A DNA stretch of 64,000 nt from an uncultured Nitrososphaerota archaeon (lineage in GTDB: Archaea; Thermoproteota; Nitrososphaeria; Nitrososphaerales; Nitrosopumilaceae). Below the pieces are notes generated by a model. The model had not been told where the DNA came from. It searched no databases and saw only the letters and a list, made by a program, of their open reading frames with translations. Shown piece after piece: positions 8,776 through 19,199 of this stretch; positions within the stretch are counted from its first letter, which is position 1, and the number at the start of each line of letters is the position of its first letter. Location of the stretch: contig OY969559.1 in assembly GCA_963701075.1 (NCBI GenBank), positions 1,760,001 through 1,824,000 of the forward strand, written 5' to 3'. The position numbers were made by a program, and so were the translations under genes.

Positions 8776-10653
8776 TTCTCAAGTTCCTTTACAGTGTCAG
8801 CCAATTCATTTAACAAAACAATTTTTGTCTTTCCAGCCTCTACACACGAAAGATATGAATATCGTTCACGATCCTGCTCGTTGCAAACTACCGTAATCAC
8901 AAACTTATCAGACGCATTTGTCTTTTGGTCGTATTCAGCAAGGCTCTTCTTTAGCGATGTTTCGCACTCAATATCAAAGCCATCGCATATAATATCCACT
9001 CCTTGATTGATAAAACCAAGTTCATATTTTGCATTAGTCTTTTTCAGAATCACCTCACAGTCTTTGAGCATTGTGCGGTGCAATTGACTCTCTCCATTTG
9101 GGATAGAGAAGTAATATCGTCTAGGCTTCTGTCCCGCCTTCAAGGTTGAAGTTACATACAGTTTTTCACGTATTTTTTCTTCTTTAACAAGACGCTTCAG
9201 GATATTTACTATTCCAAGCCTCTCCATGCTGTTCTTGGGATAGCCTAACGCAGTTGCTATCTCTGAATAATACATACAAAAATCAGATTTTGTCAAAACT
9301 TCTATGACTCTACTTTCAATCTCATTAGCAGTTTCTTTCTCTTTCTTTGCTTCCTCCTTCTGCTCTTCTTCCGTAAAACTTTCGTCAGGTTCGGAACAAA
9401 ATCTAGCCTCTAATTTCGCATTTTCCAAGTTATCATAATTCAATTTCCATACAGGTATCACACCTTCACCATGCTCATACTTCAAATCCATAAATTCAAA
9501 ATCAGAGAGCAATCTCACTCCATCCCTGACATACGCCCCATGCGCTCCCTCAATCGCTTTCATATCTTCATCATTAGAATTACGGAAGCAAAAGACGCTA
9601 CCAAAATGCCCACGATAATCTTTATCGAGATGACAGAAATTTTGAGTTATAATTATTAGATGTATGAAATACGCACCTTGCAAAAGTAGGTTACCGATAA
9701 TAGATTTCTGTTGTTTTGCTTGTAGTAAGTGCCAAGCCTCATCTATGACAATATACAATTTCTTTTCTCTTTGTTCTTGTTCCTCGATCCTGGCAATCTG
9801 TCTTAGATAATATTCTGCAAAGAATGTTTTAACTTCCTCATCTGCTAGATTGCCAAAATCCAACACTATGTCACCCTTTCTGAAATCTATGCTACCAGTT
9901 TTAGCGTTCTTGGTTGCTTCTTCAAGTAGCCTAACCTTACTTTCAACTAAATTTGCTATGTTATTTTCCCAATTGCCTTTTGCGACCTTGTTTAACTTCT
10001 CAAAGAACTCGCTGAAACTCTGAGGCTTCTGCCTCATTACTTCTGCATATCTAGACTTTATTGTATCAATCATCAGTCCTCGACTATTTGCCTCTGCAAA
10101 GAAAGCCGTGCCAAACGCCTCTATTGCACTCTGCGAATCTTCCCAGAAATTCGGTAAATGCTGGCTTACGTCAGTCCAATTATACCCAAAATCAAAATCT
10201 CTTATTTTAAGTTGAAACTTCTTAAATGAGACGATGATTTTTCTTTGTGGTAATTTTATGCAATTATATTCTCCAAGCGAAGTCTTACCCAACCTACTTC
10301 CACCAATAATTTCTGCGTTCCTGTTTGCTTTCGATTGAGTGTACGCAATTAAATCAAAACCTGTCGAATGCACATATTGTTTTTTAATTTGTAAAAAGTT
10401 GTGCAAGTCCTTATTCTCAATCCTACAAATAACCGCAGTAATAGCCACATCAGGCTTATGCCCGTGCTTCCAAAACTTCCAACCCAAAATACTACCACCG
10501 ATCGCCACAGCGACAAGCCAATAATGCAGATACGCAAGTAAAGCAAGAGCAGACGCTAACGCAAAGTAGCGTGCAAAATGAACGTCTTTTGGAACATGTC
10601 TTATCTAATCTACCAATAATATTATGCACCAAAATAACTAAATGGCTTTGCAT
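8772..10653 (-). CDS. HerA/FtsK/VirD4-like membrane-anchored ATPase with C-terminal wHTH and nuclease-like domain
   Basis: Walker A GGSRLGKT, Walker B IVIDEAWH, ITQ; in-frame hydrophobic extension upstream of 10508 (FALASALALLAYLHYWLVAVAIGG); true start uncertain, possible frameshift near 10600. Confidence 0.7.
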
Positions 10654-10896
10654 CAACCACACCCTGCAGGAATTTCGTCTAGCGATTTTTTCTTCTTTCT
10701 TTTTTCAAGTATTATCTTGATAAGTTCGTATAACTCTTCAACAGGCATAGTCTCAGCCTTGGCAATCGCATTCTCGCATTCTTCTTCATAACCCAGTAAT
10801 TTATCAAGTTCTAGTGTTTCTTCGTCAGTTACTCGACAATTATACGATGATGGATTTCAAGTCGTTGTCTTACAATTTCAGAAAGTCTAATGCCAC

Positions 10897-12045
10897 TCAT
10901 GCCGTTGTAGTCTCCCCATCATCCAATTTCTTTTTCCATGAATTTACAATGCGTAAAACAACTTCGTGCTCGCTTCTAGAACTTCTAAAAATTTTTTCAA
11001 CCTCATTTTTATGAAGATCGCACCATACGCCCAAGCCACGCTCAAAAAAGTCTTTTTTGTATGACTGTAATTTGTTCCATACATTCTTTCTAGAAATAAT
11101 TATCCTTTCCTCGATTTCTACTCTAGTTGTATCTGTTCTAACCCCTAGTGCGTCTCTTTCAGAGATCACAGAAGTTCTGACATTTGTATTTGTGGCATCT
11201 CTTAATTGAATAACAGGCTGTGGTGGTGGAGGTGGTAAACGTGGTCTTAAACTCCACGCAATAGAGAAGAAAATCGCTACCACAGTCAAACAAATCAATA
11301 CTGCAACGAAGAGCCAGTTATTGAAATGGAAAGCATCATCCTGTTGCCCTGAACTTTGTCCTGTATTTTGTGGCTCATGTGCTTGACTATATGTAGACTC
11401 TGTTCCTAGATTGGAAGAACCAGAAGAGCCAACAGGGGCAGTTGAAGCCGAAGACTCAACAACATCAACATCAGTTAAATTGAATTTTGATTGATATGGA
11501 TTTCCCACCGAATTTATGGCAACAAATGCGAAAATATGCATACTTGGTAATAGATGAATTTCGTTGAATGTGAAACTAGTCGCAGGATAGTATGTTTTTA
11601 AAAATTTTCCATCTTCGTAAAGGTCAATAGAACAAGGGCATAACGTTGCATCTGGTATCCACCCTGCCACAGTAAACTCTTGACCTGCTCCAATAGTTTC
11701 ATTTAGAACCGCAGAATTGATATGAAACTCATTACTATTTTGAACACTTCCCTGTTGTCCTGAATCCTGCGCCTGACCAGAAATCCGCAAATTACTTTTT
11801 TCTTCTACACTTTTAGGGACATAATCATCACAATTCCCATAGTTATCTAATCTATCACAAACCCATCCCGTTGCAGAGCAAGAGCCTAAACCAGCCGAAT
11901 GACTGCACATGTAATTTCCATAATAATTTTCTGCAAATGCAGACTGAATAAATAAAATCAAAAAGAAAAATGAAAGAAGTGTTACGATTTTCAAGATCGC
12001 ACCTCTATTTTTCTTACGAGACTGGCGAGGTAGACATCTCCGCAT
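10897..12045 (-). CDS. Secreted/membrane-anchored protein of the integrated element
   Basis: Signal-peptide-like LLSFFFLILFIQSAFA, Cys-rich and Ig-like region, Ser-rich linker, TM helix, poly-Pro. Confidence 0.65.
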   Translation of the reverse strand: MRRCLPRQSRKKNRGAILKIVTLLSFFFLILFIQSAFAENYYGNYMCSHSAGLGSCSATGWVCDRLDNYGNCDDYVPKSVEEKSNLRISGQAQDSGQQGSVQNSNEFHINSAVLNETIGAGQEFTVAGWIPDATLCPCSIDLYEDGKFLKTYYPATSFTFNEIHLLPSMHIFAFVAINSVGNPYQSKFNLTDVDVVESSASTAPVGSSGSSNLGTESTYSQAHEPQNTGQSSGQQDDAFHFNNWLFVAVLICLTVVAIFFSIAWSLRPRLPPPPPQPVIQLRDATNTNVRTSVISERDALGVRTDTTRVEIEERIIISRKNVWNKLQSYKKDFFERGLGVWCDLHKNEVEKIFRSSRSEHEVVLRIVNSWKKKLDDGETTTA

Positions 12046-12179
12046 TTTTGACGCTGTTCTGGGCTATGTCCTGTATTATCTTCCGTTGGTCTGATGGGAT
12101 TTCCACAAACGATGCAGCGATTATTCGGCATTTCCCTGCGATTCCTTCGGCACATACTTCCAAAGGGAGATGTATCCAA
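11991..12179 (-). CDS. Small Cys-containing hypothetical protein
   Basis: CIVCG...H......C; upstream of 10897..12045. Confidence 0.35.
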   Translation of the reverse strand: MDTSPFGSMCRRNRREMPNNRCIVCGNPIRPTEDNTGHSPEQRQKCGDVYLASLVRKIEVRS

Positions 12180-12339
12180 TCAGTTCCTCTTTCCCGTCAG
12201 TTCCTTTTTTTACGACTTTTCCCGTATAGGTAGGGCTTGAGTTCTTTGTCATTAAGGTTGTAATACACCGACTAAATAATTAAAAAGCCAGACCAAAACA
12301 ACCGTTGTCCAGAACGTCGCAGAAAACTTTTTAGCTCTA

Positions 12340-13053
12340 ATGGTCAAAATAGCAACAGTGTCTAATAGAGTCAACCAACCTCCAGATCCTTTCAAACATC
12401 TAGAAACATCTCAACGTCCTCCATCTTCCACAAATCTCCTAAAAGCAGAACAGTGGATTATTTTCACCCTACTTGTCGCAGACGAATTTGAATTTGATGC
12501 TGACTTTAATTTAAAAACAAAACAGTCTCACAGCAGATTATCAGTAAATGAACTTGTTAGGGCAGTCCAGAAAAATCTTAAACAATTCCAACCTGACGCT
12601 AAAATCTCAGAAACCACAATCAAAAACGCAAGACTTCATCTTGTAGAATTAGGCGTAATCAAAGAAATTCATGACAAAAAGAGCAATATCAAAAACCCTC
12701 CTACCGTGAGTTATCTTAACTATGGCAATCCATATGTTAAGTCACAGATTCAACATGAAAGACAAGAAGAATTTGAAAAAAGAATCATACCAAAATTAAA
12801 ACATGGTGTTTATCTTAAGTATTTAACAGAATTAAATTTCTATCAGACGCTATTAAGATTGATAGTGAATTCTAATGATAGACATTACTGGCAAGAACAC
12901 TCCATGGACATTCCATATCATTTCAATGGCATTACTGAAGAAGCAAAACAAGAGATATTATCTAACATAGAGGATTTAATTCAAGATAAGAAGGACGAAG
13001 TAAAAAAATTACTTGATAAATACAATAACAAAAAAATACGACTTACTCAATAA
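12340..13053 (+). CDS. Winged-helix DNA-binding protein (element regulator)
   Basis: LSVNELV...ISETTIKNARLHLVELGVI wHTH signature; divergent from the transfer-like operon. Confidence 0.55.
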   Translation: MVKIATVSNRVNQPPDPFKHLETSQRPPSSTNLLKAEQWIIFTLLVADEFEFDADFNLKTKQSHSRLSVNELVRAVQKNLKQFQPDAKISETTIKNARLHLVELGVIKEIHDKKSNIKNPPTVSYLNYGNPYVKSQIQHERQEEFEKRIIPKLKHGVYLKYLTELNFYQTLLRLIVNSNDRHYWQEHSMDIPYHFNGITEEAKQEILSNIEDLIQDKKDEVKKLLDKYNNKKIRLTQ

Positions 13054-13056
13054 TCA

Positions 13057-14130
13057 TTACTTCTCTTTACCTAAAAGTTCATACAAATTACGAATATCTT
13101 GTTTCAGTTCAGCAATTTCTCGGTCTTTATTGTCTTGTAGTTCAGATATTTTTTCTTGTTGATTCTGAATAATTCTCTGGCTCTCATCAATCATCAACGT
13201 ATTCATGTGCTTGGCATATTCACCGAGCAGTTGAGCTGCACTTGGTTTGAAATACGAATTGTCAAGTTTTACCACTCCTGAATGTCCTGCAAGCTTTTCA
13301 ATTAAGGAAATATTAGCATTATCTGCACTCTTGCACAAAGTGATAAATCGTGTCCGATAACTATGGCTCATCGCCTGCGAATGCCTGACATACTTTCCGT
13401 AATTTTTCCCCCTGACTTTGCACGCCATTCGATACAAGACCAGCTTTATCGAAGTGTAGCTCATGGGTTTGACAGGCTCTATACCAATTCTAAAAGAAGA
13501 CCGCAATAAAGGGCTTGAACCCTTGATGCTTTCTCCAACAGTTCTACGGCTTTCAATATACGAATCCAGTAGTTTTGAGCAAGACGCATTTACGAATGCT
13601 ATGTATTCATCTTTCGTTCCAAAATACACAATAATTTTTTTGCAACCATATTCTACATTAGAAACATGTTCTATTTTCAGCAGAGGCAAAGACCCAACTC
13701 TGACTCCGCTTGCGCACAAGATATTTACGATTAGTTTGTTTCGCAGACTTTCGCCGTCCAGCATGGTCTTGATTTGTTCATTACTCCAAAATCCACCGCC
13801 TCCTGCCTTTGAGGTTTCTGGATACATCTTTTTCAATTTTTTAATCCGCACTTCCTTATCGTTCAAAGTAAGAAATAGATCAATCGCATTAATCTGCGTC
13901 CGTATAGAACTTGTGGATAATCTCTTTTTCATGTGAAACAAATAGTCTTCTAAAATCTGTTGCAGAAAATCCGTCTTTAGTTGTAATAGTCCTTCTGGAG
14001 TAGAAATCTTAGCCCATTCACAAAACTTTCTTAGTGCATAGTGGTAAGCCTTCCTCGTGGCCTCTGACTTTATCGCATTATCAAAAACCAACATAGCCCT
14101 GTTTTCCACATATCCTTTACCATTCCACAA
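13057..14130 (-). CDS. Tyrosine recombinase / integrase
   Basis: SGVR (R1), HSYR (HxxR), LAGH, catalytic Y in DNSYF; N-terminal SAM-like domain; coiled-coil tail. Confidence 0.92.
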   Translation of the reverse strand: MWNGKGYVENRAMLVFDNAIKSEATRKAYHYALRKFCEWAKISTPEGLLQLKTDFLQQILEDYLFHMKKRLSTSSIRTQINAIDLFLTLNDKEVRIKKLKKMYPETSKAGGGGFWSNEQIKTMLDGESLRNKLIVNILCASGVRVGSLPLLKIEHVSNVEYGCKKIIVYFGTKDEYIAFVNASCSKLLDSYIESRRTVGESIKGSSPLLRSSFRIGIEPVKPMSYTSIKLVLYRMACKVRGKNYGKYVRHSQAMSHSYRTRFITLCKSADNANISLIEKLAGHSGVVKLDNSYFKPSAAQLLGEYAKHMNTLMIDESQRIIQNQQEKISELQDNKDREIAELKQDIRNLYELLGKEK

Positions 14131-14192
14131 TAATTAAGCTTCATATCGCCAAACTATATCAAGTGGTAAAGCTTCAGCTCTTGTGAATACAT

Positions 14193-14807
14193 TTGGACGC
14201 ACTTGACAAGGAAATAATTTCAATATGTTATGTTGCCTCACTTTCCGGAGAAGATCCAGTGGAGATAATAAGAAAAAAACTCTCTATTAGTCCCGATTAC
14301 ATCGCAAGCAGACTTGATTTGCTTGTAAAAAATGGTCTGATTGAAAAAGACAGGACATTGACTGAGATTGGGAGGGGTGCTATCAGAGTAGTGCTGGCAG
14401 GAGGAGTCTTTGATATAATTCATCCCGGGCACATACACACACTGAGAGGTGCAAAGGCACTTGGAAATGTACTGGTGGTAGTTGTCGCAACAGATGCCAC
14501 TGCACAAAAGATGAAAAAACGCATACCATTGCACAACATGGAGTTGCGAAGAGACCTTGTCGGCTCACTGTCAATGGTAGACTATGCAGTGGTTGGCCGC
14601 GAGGGTGACATATTCAAGACCGTAGAGCGCATCAAGCCCAACATTGTAGCGTTAGGCTATGACCAGATACACCAAGAAAAATTCATCATAGATGGATGCA
14701 AAAAGATTGGAGTAGAGGTATCAATTGCAAGGCTCCAGTCCCCAATACCAGATGTCAAGAGCTCAAAGATAGAAAGTGATTATGGAAAATCCATCTACGG
14801 TATCTAA
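14193..14807 (+). CDS. ribL: FAD synthase (cytidylyltransferase fold) with N-terminal HTH
   Basis: GGVFDIIHPGH, LGYDQ, SSKI; adjacent to riboflavin kinase. Confidence 0.8.
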   Translation: MDALDKEIISICYVASLSGEDPVEIIRKKLSISPDYIASRLDLLVKNGLIEKDRTLTEIGRGAIRVVLAGGVFDIIHPGHIHTLRGAKALGNVLVVVVATDATAQKMKKRIPLHNMELRRDLVGSLSMVDYAVVGREGDIFKTVERIKPNIVALGYDQIHQEKFIIDGCKKIGVEVSIARLQSPIPDVKSSKIESDYGKSIYGI

Positions 14808-14818
14808 GTGTCACGCAG

Positions 14819-15512
14819 TCACTGTGAAAGTTTAGGTTTTACATTGACCCGAATCGTAACTTGTGAGCCCGTTGAAAGCTTTGTCAACTTTTTGATGTTC
14901 TCTTTTGAGACAAGCTCTATTATGGAATCATCATGGTGTGTTCGTTCAAGTAGAATCAGTGCGGCATCCACGTTGTTGATCCTTGCCGGATAGCACTTGA
15001 CCCATCCATAGGTGCGTTTGCCGTCCGAGAATCCAGCTACCATTATTGCAGGATGTGCGTCAAGTGATCGTTTTGCCTCAATGAACTCCTTGTCCTTGAG
15101 TTTTACATTGAGTGTTCCCGGAAACGGGGCATAACCAAGCTTTGACTTGAATTGTTTTGTGTAGCCTTTCATTGACATGTAGTATGCCCCCTCTCCCATC
15201 CCTGAAATTATTGTTCCCTTAAACTCCACATATGGTAAAGAGGTCTCAAGACTTGATTTTAAGACAGAGAAAATCTTTGACATCTCCGCATGTCCTTTGG
15301 TTGTAATTCGAATAGATACTTTTGGCCCTGTCCTTAGCCGCTCTATGTATCCATCAGCTTCTCAGCTCCAAGAGATGTTTTGATGCAGCTTGTTGAGATT
15401 TGTGTATGCTTTGTCCAAGCGATGAGGTTGTGATTGGAATGTAATTATATCGCGCACCTTTGGCAAAAAGTTCTGCAAGCGTGAGTATGTGTTGTAGCTT
15501 TAGTTCCGGCAT
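14819..15512 (-). CDS. ribK: CTP-dependent riboflavin kinase with N-terminal HTH (frameshift near 15361)
   Basis: GTIISGMGEGAYYM, FPGTLN, RTHH; HTH portion upstream in another frame from ATG 15512. Confidence 0.85.
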
Positions 15513-15517
15513 TGGTT

Positions 15518-16663
15518 TTATGCAATACCAAGCTCTGTAAATGTTTTGAGGGTCAGCCCGTCAGTTGATTTTAGGTTTGCAGCCCTATGCCCTACAACGC
15601 ACTCTATTCCTGCCTGTTTTGCAGAATCAATGAGCCTCTGTGTTATGATGCCGTCAAGTACGAGGTACTTTATTCCAGAACCAGGAGAGAGTTTTGCCAC
15701 TATCTCGCTTACAGGAACTTTGAATAGACTATTGAGTCCCTCATCTAGCGCTACAGCCTCTAGAGATTCATTGAGATCCGGATATACTTTTTTTACAATG
15801 TTTGCGATTGGTTCATCTTTTGGATCCTGAAGTTTTGGTTTGGCAGTTTCTTTTTTCATCTCCTCTGCTGTTTCCTTGAGAATATCTGCAATTTGTTGAG
15901 GAGTAAGTTCTTCTACCTCCACACCATCTGGTGCGCGATGAACCACGTCAACTGTTACAAGTGACTTTAATTCTTTTAAGATGAAACCGCCTGCCCTGTC
16001 CCCGTCAAGAAATGCAACTACTTTTTGCTTTGATTCACAAAGTGACTTGATGGATTCGTCAATCCTTGCACCTTCTATTGCAAGTGCGTTGTCAAATCCC
16101 GCCCTTAGAAGATTTATCACGTCTGCTCTTCCCTCAACTAGAATTACCCAAGGTGCATCAAAGACTCCTGAACCGCATGCAAGTTTTTCTTTTCCAAATG
16201 CAACAAGTTTTCCAGAAGATGTTACTTCTTGGACGTCCTTTAGCATCTCGTCTCCTTCACTAATTGTTTTGGTAGACCATTTCTGAACAATCTGTTTTGC
16301 TCTGTCAACAATCTCTTTCTTTTTGGCAGAACGAACATCCTCTATTGCTTCCAGTTTAAAGTTCGCCTGGAATGGGCCCACTTTATCGATGCTTTCTATT
16401 GCAGCTGCAATTAGTGCGGCAGTATTGATATCAGTACTCATAGGAATTAAGGCATCGCCTTTTGTTTGATTAGTCGTGCTCGTAGTGTTGACCTCGATTC
16501 GTCCTACTTTCGAGACTTTCTGAAGTTCATTTAGGTTCATCTCTGGACCAAGCAGACCTTCTGTTTGGCCAAAAATAGCGCCTATGATATCGGCTTTTTC
16601 GACGAGTCCATCTACGTCAAAGCTGAGCTTAACGTGATACTTGACAATTCCACTATATGGCAA
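15518..16663 (-). CDS. dnaG: Archaeal DnaG-like primase / exosome-associated protein
   Basis: GAIFGQTEGLLG, VEGRADV, FLDGDRAG Toprim motifs. Confidence 0.95.
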   Translation of the reverse strand: MPYSGIVKYHVKLSFDVDGLVEKADIIGAIFGQTEGLLGPEMNLNELQKVSKVGRIEVNTTSTTNQTKGDALIPMSTDINTAALIAAAIESIDKVGPFQANFKLEAIEDVRSAKKKEIVDRAKQIVQKWSTKTISEGDEMLKDVQEVTSSGKLVAFGKEKLACGSGVFDAPWVILVEGRADVINLLRAGFDNALAIEGARIDESIKSLCESKQKVVAFLDGDRAGGFILKELKSLVTVDVVHRAPDGVEVEELTPQQIADILKETAEEMKKETAKPKLQDPKDEPIANIVKKVYPDLNESLEAVALDEGLNSLFKVPVSEIVAKLSPGSGIKYLVLDGIITQRLIDSAKQAGIECVVGHRAANLKSTDGLTLKTFTELGIA

Positions 16664-16728
16664 ATCATTATCCTCTTAATTTTTTATCAATTAACATTCT
16701 TCAGGGGCAGATATAAGTGCTTATTGTC

Positions 16729-18006
16729 GGTTCTGTCAACTTGATGGCTCATGACAGGCATGTAAACTTTTTATGATATATCACAATTACCTTCTTCTTA
16801 AGAAGATCAGAGATATCAAAAGCCTGCCGTGCTATCAGTCAAGTGTGCAACACAGAATCATCGCTGTACCGAGATTCTACCAGTGATGAAGGATTTCAGG
16901 TTTGTCGTAAACGAGGCAATAAGGCTAGGTATCGAACATGATATCACATCTAGATTTAAACTGCGTAGTCTTGTCTATCCAAGGTTCAACAAGACGATGT
17001 ATTCCGGATATGTCCAAACTGCAATCTGGAAGGCTTGTGCCATGCTCAAAAACTATCGTCGAGCAAAAAAGAAGAATACGAGTGTAAAGATACCATTTAT
17101 GAAAAGATGCATACTTGTAATTGATAACCAGAGATACGAACTGGTCTACAACCATCTCAAGTTTCCGGTTAGACCAAGACAGTTTGTCTACATCCCTCTC
17201 AATCACTATACCTGTAATGTTTTGTTGCAACCAGGTCTGAAACTAGGAGAGGTTACATTAACTGATAGAAAATTATCCATATCTTATACAAGAGAGATGC
17301 CAAGAAAGGAACCGGCTGTATGCATTGGAATTGACATGAACCTTGAGAACGCAACTGGCACGGACGAAACAGGCACCACTACGGTACTAGACATGTCTGA
17401 TATCGTATCAATGAAAGTAAGATACAGAGATGTACTGTCACACTTTACAAGAAACGATGCCAGAATACAGAAGAGACTCAAACAAAAATATGGCAAGAAA
17501 CAAAAGAACAGAGAAGATACATTCCTGCACCAGAAATCAAGGGAGATTGTATCGCAAGGCAGACAGGTCATAATGGAGAAGCTCACTGGAATGCGAAAAC
17601 TGTACAGAAAGGGAAATGGTCAGGGAAGAATATTTAGGTTCAGACTAAACTCGTGGTCAAGATTCAAGCTGCAGCGACAGATTCAATACAAGTCGGTTGA
17701 CTGGAACAGCCTTGAAGTGATTTTTGTAAAACCAAATGGGACCTCATCGAGGTGTGCGGCATGTGGGTCTAAAATGATACCCGAAGAGCACCGAGTGATG
17801 AGATGTCCGACCTGTCGTATTACGATAGACAGGGATGTAAACGCCAGCAGAAACATTCTGGCTAGAGGCTTGGCAATGCTGGAACAGAAAGTGCCAGCAC
17901 GGTTCGAGCCTGACGCAGTGCAAGGTGAAGCGATGAAGCAGTTCAAAGATGTGGAGCAGATTGCACCGAGTCTACTTGTTGGATGAGCCATCAAGTTGAC
18001 AGAACC
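16729..18006 (+). mobile_element. Non-autonomous tnpB element with 24-bp terminal inverted repeats and 8-bp target duplication
   Basis: GGTTCTGTCAACTTGATGGCTCAT (16729-16752) is the exact reverse complement of 17983-18006; TTATTGTC duplicated at 16721-16728 and 18007-18014. Confidence 0.92.
16829..17986 (+). CDS. tnpB: TnpB RNA-guided endonuclease
   Basis: RuvC-I GIDMN, RuvC-II MEKL, zinc finger CAAC/CPTC, RuvC-III DRDVNASRNI. Confidence 0.92.
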   Translation: MLSVKCATQNHRCTEILPVMKDFRFVVNEAIRLGIEHDITSRFKLRSLVYPRFNKTMYSGYVQTAIWKACAMLKNYRRAKKKNTSVKIPFMKRCILVIDNQRYELVYNHLKFPVRPRQFVYIPLNHYTCNVLLQPGLKLGEVTLTDRKLSISYTREMPRKEPAVCIGIDMNLENATGTDETGTTTVLDMSDIVSMKVRYRDVLSHFTRNDARIQKRLKQKYGKKQKNREDTFLHQKSREIVSQGRQVIMEKLTGMRKLYRKGNGQGRIFRFRLNSWSRFKLQRQIQYKSVDWNSLEVIFVKPNGTSSRCAACGSKMIPEEHRVMRCPTCRITIDRDVNASRNILARGLAMLEQKVPARFEPDAVQGEAMKQFKDVEQIAPSLLVG

Positions 18007-18025
18007 TTATTGTCAGATCCTCGTT
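17890..18025 (+). ncRNA. Putative omega-RNA overlapping the tnpB 3' end (boundaries approximate)
   Basis: Inferred from TnpB biology; low-information protein tail over CGGTTCGAGCCTGA...GTGAAGCGATGA. Confidence 0.4.
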
Positions 18026-18390
18026 CAAGAGTACAAAGACAGATCCTCGATATGTCGTGCCTTGCCTTTTGTTATCTTGATCAATCTTCGTCTAAATGAG
18101 AGATCTACAGTCATGCGGTGCTCAAGGTGTGAGACTGTCCTTTTAGTAAGATATGCCCCCTTCCTGTCGTAATCAAAAAGTACAATCAGTTTCTTGAATT
18201 TTGGCATCGAGTCTACAAATTTTACCAGGCCCTTGAAGCTGTGAAACTGGCAGATCCTGCCAGAAAAGCCAAGTTCTCGTAGTGCTTCTTCGTCTTTTTT
18301 TCCCTCCACTGCTACAATACAGTCCTTTTTTGAATTAAGAGAATGGATGAAATGGTGTAACTCTGATATCTCAGATTCATCAAGATGCAT
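18025..18390 (-). CDS. Small Toprim-domain protein
   Basis: VAVEGKKD, LFDYDRKG. Confidence 0.85.
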   Translation of the reverse strand: MHLDESEISELHHFIHSLNSKKDCIVAVEGKKDEEALRELGFSGRICQFHSFKGLVKFVDSMPKFKKLIVLFDYDRKGAYLTKRTVSHLEHRMTVDLSFRRRLIKITKGKARHIEDLSLYS

Positions 18391-18438
18391 GGTTTTATTT
18401 GCAATTAAACATATTAAGCAATTTTCAAAGATTCATCC

Positions 18439-19129
18439 ATGGCAAGCGTTCTGGCAATACAGAATACAAGAAATGAAGGAATTGCCACGCTAGGCAAGTT
18501 ATTTGAAGAAGACGGTTTTAGCATTACAACAGTTCTTGCAAAAAAAGAAAAAATCCCGTCAATTGACCCCCGTGTCATAGTAATACTTGGTGCGCCAGAG
18601 AGTGCAAACGATGACCTACCTTACCTCAAAGAAGAGATGGTATTGATACAAAATGCAGCCAAAAATAATACCCCGGTTCTTGGAATATGCCTTGGGTCGC
18701 AGCTTATCGCCAAGGCATTTGGTGCCAAGGTCTACCAAGGCAAGAGAAAGGAGATAGGATTCTATCACGACATAGAGTTTGACAACACTACAAAATCAAG
18801 GCTCTTCCAAGGAATGCAGAGTCCTGCCACCGTATTTCATTGGCATGGAGATACGTTTGATCTTCCCGATAATGCCATAAGGCTTGCCCATTCAAAAGAC
18901 TATCAGAATCAAGCAATAAAGGTTGGAAGCGCAGTAGGGGTACAGTTTCATCTAGAGGTAGACGAGCCCACAATCCAGTTATGGCTTGACAAATCCAAAG
19001 ATGAGCTGAAGTTCGGTACCATACATTAGGCCTGAAGAGATAGTCAAGAGTATCCCTCAAAATATCAATACCGTACAAAACAACATGCGAATATTTTACC
19101 AAAATTTCAAGTCAGAGTTTAATCTTTGA
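18439..19129 (+). CDS. Class I glutamine amidotransferase (GMP synthase-like; frameshift near 19015)
   Basis: LGICLGSQL, HWHGDTF, QFHLE; C-terminus continues in another frame. Confidence 0.8.
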
Positions 19130-19199
19130 TAAAAGTTACTGGTATCATTTCTGAGAATCGTCTTCTTTCAATAAATACAAAGAAACATACCGCCATCAC

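Larger units (their letters stand above)
4391..14165. mobile_element. Integrated tyrosine-recombinase element (~9.8 kb) between dph5 and ribL
   Basis: ATCAAGTG direct repeat at 4391-4398 and 14158-14165; internal inverted arms TGAAGCTTAA (4415-4424) and TTAAGCTTCA (14134-14143); integrase at the right end; non-core genes inside. Confidence 0.75.
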
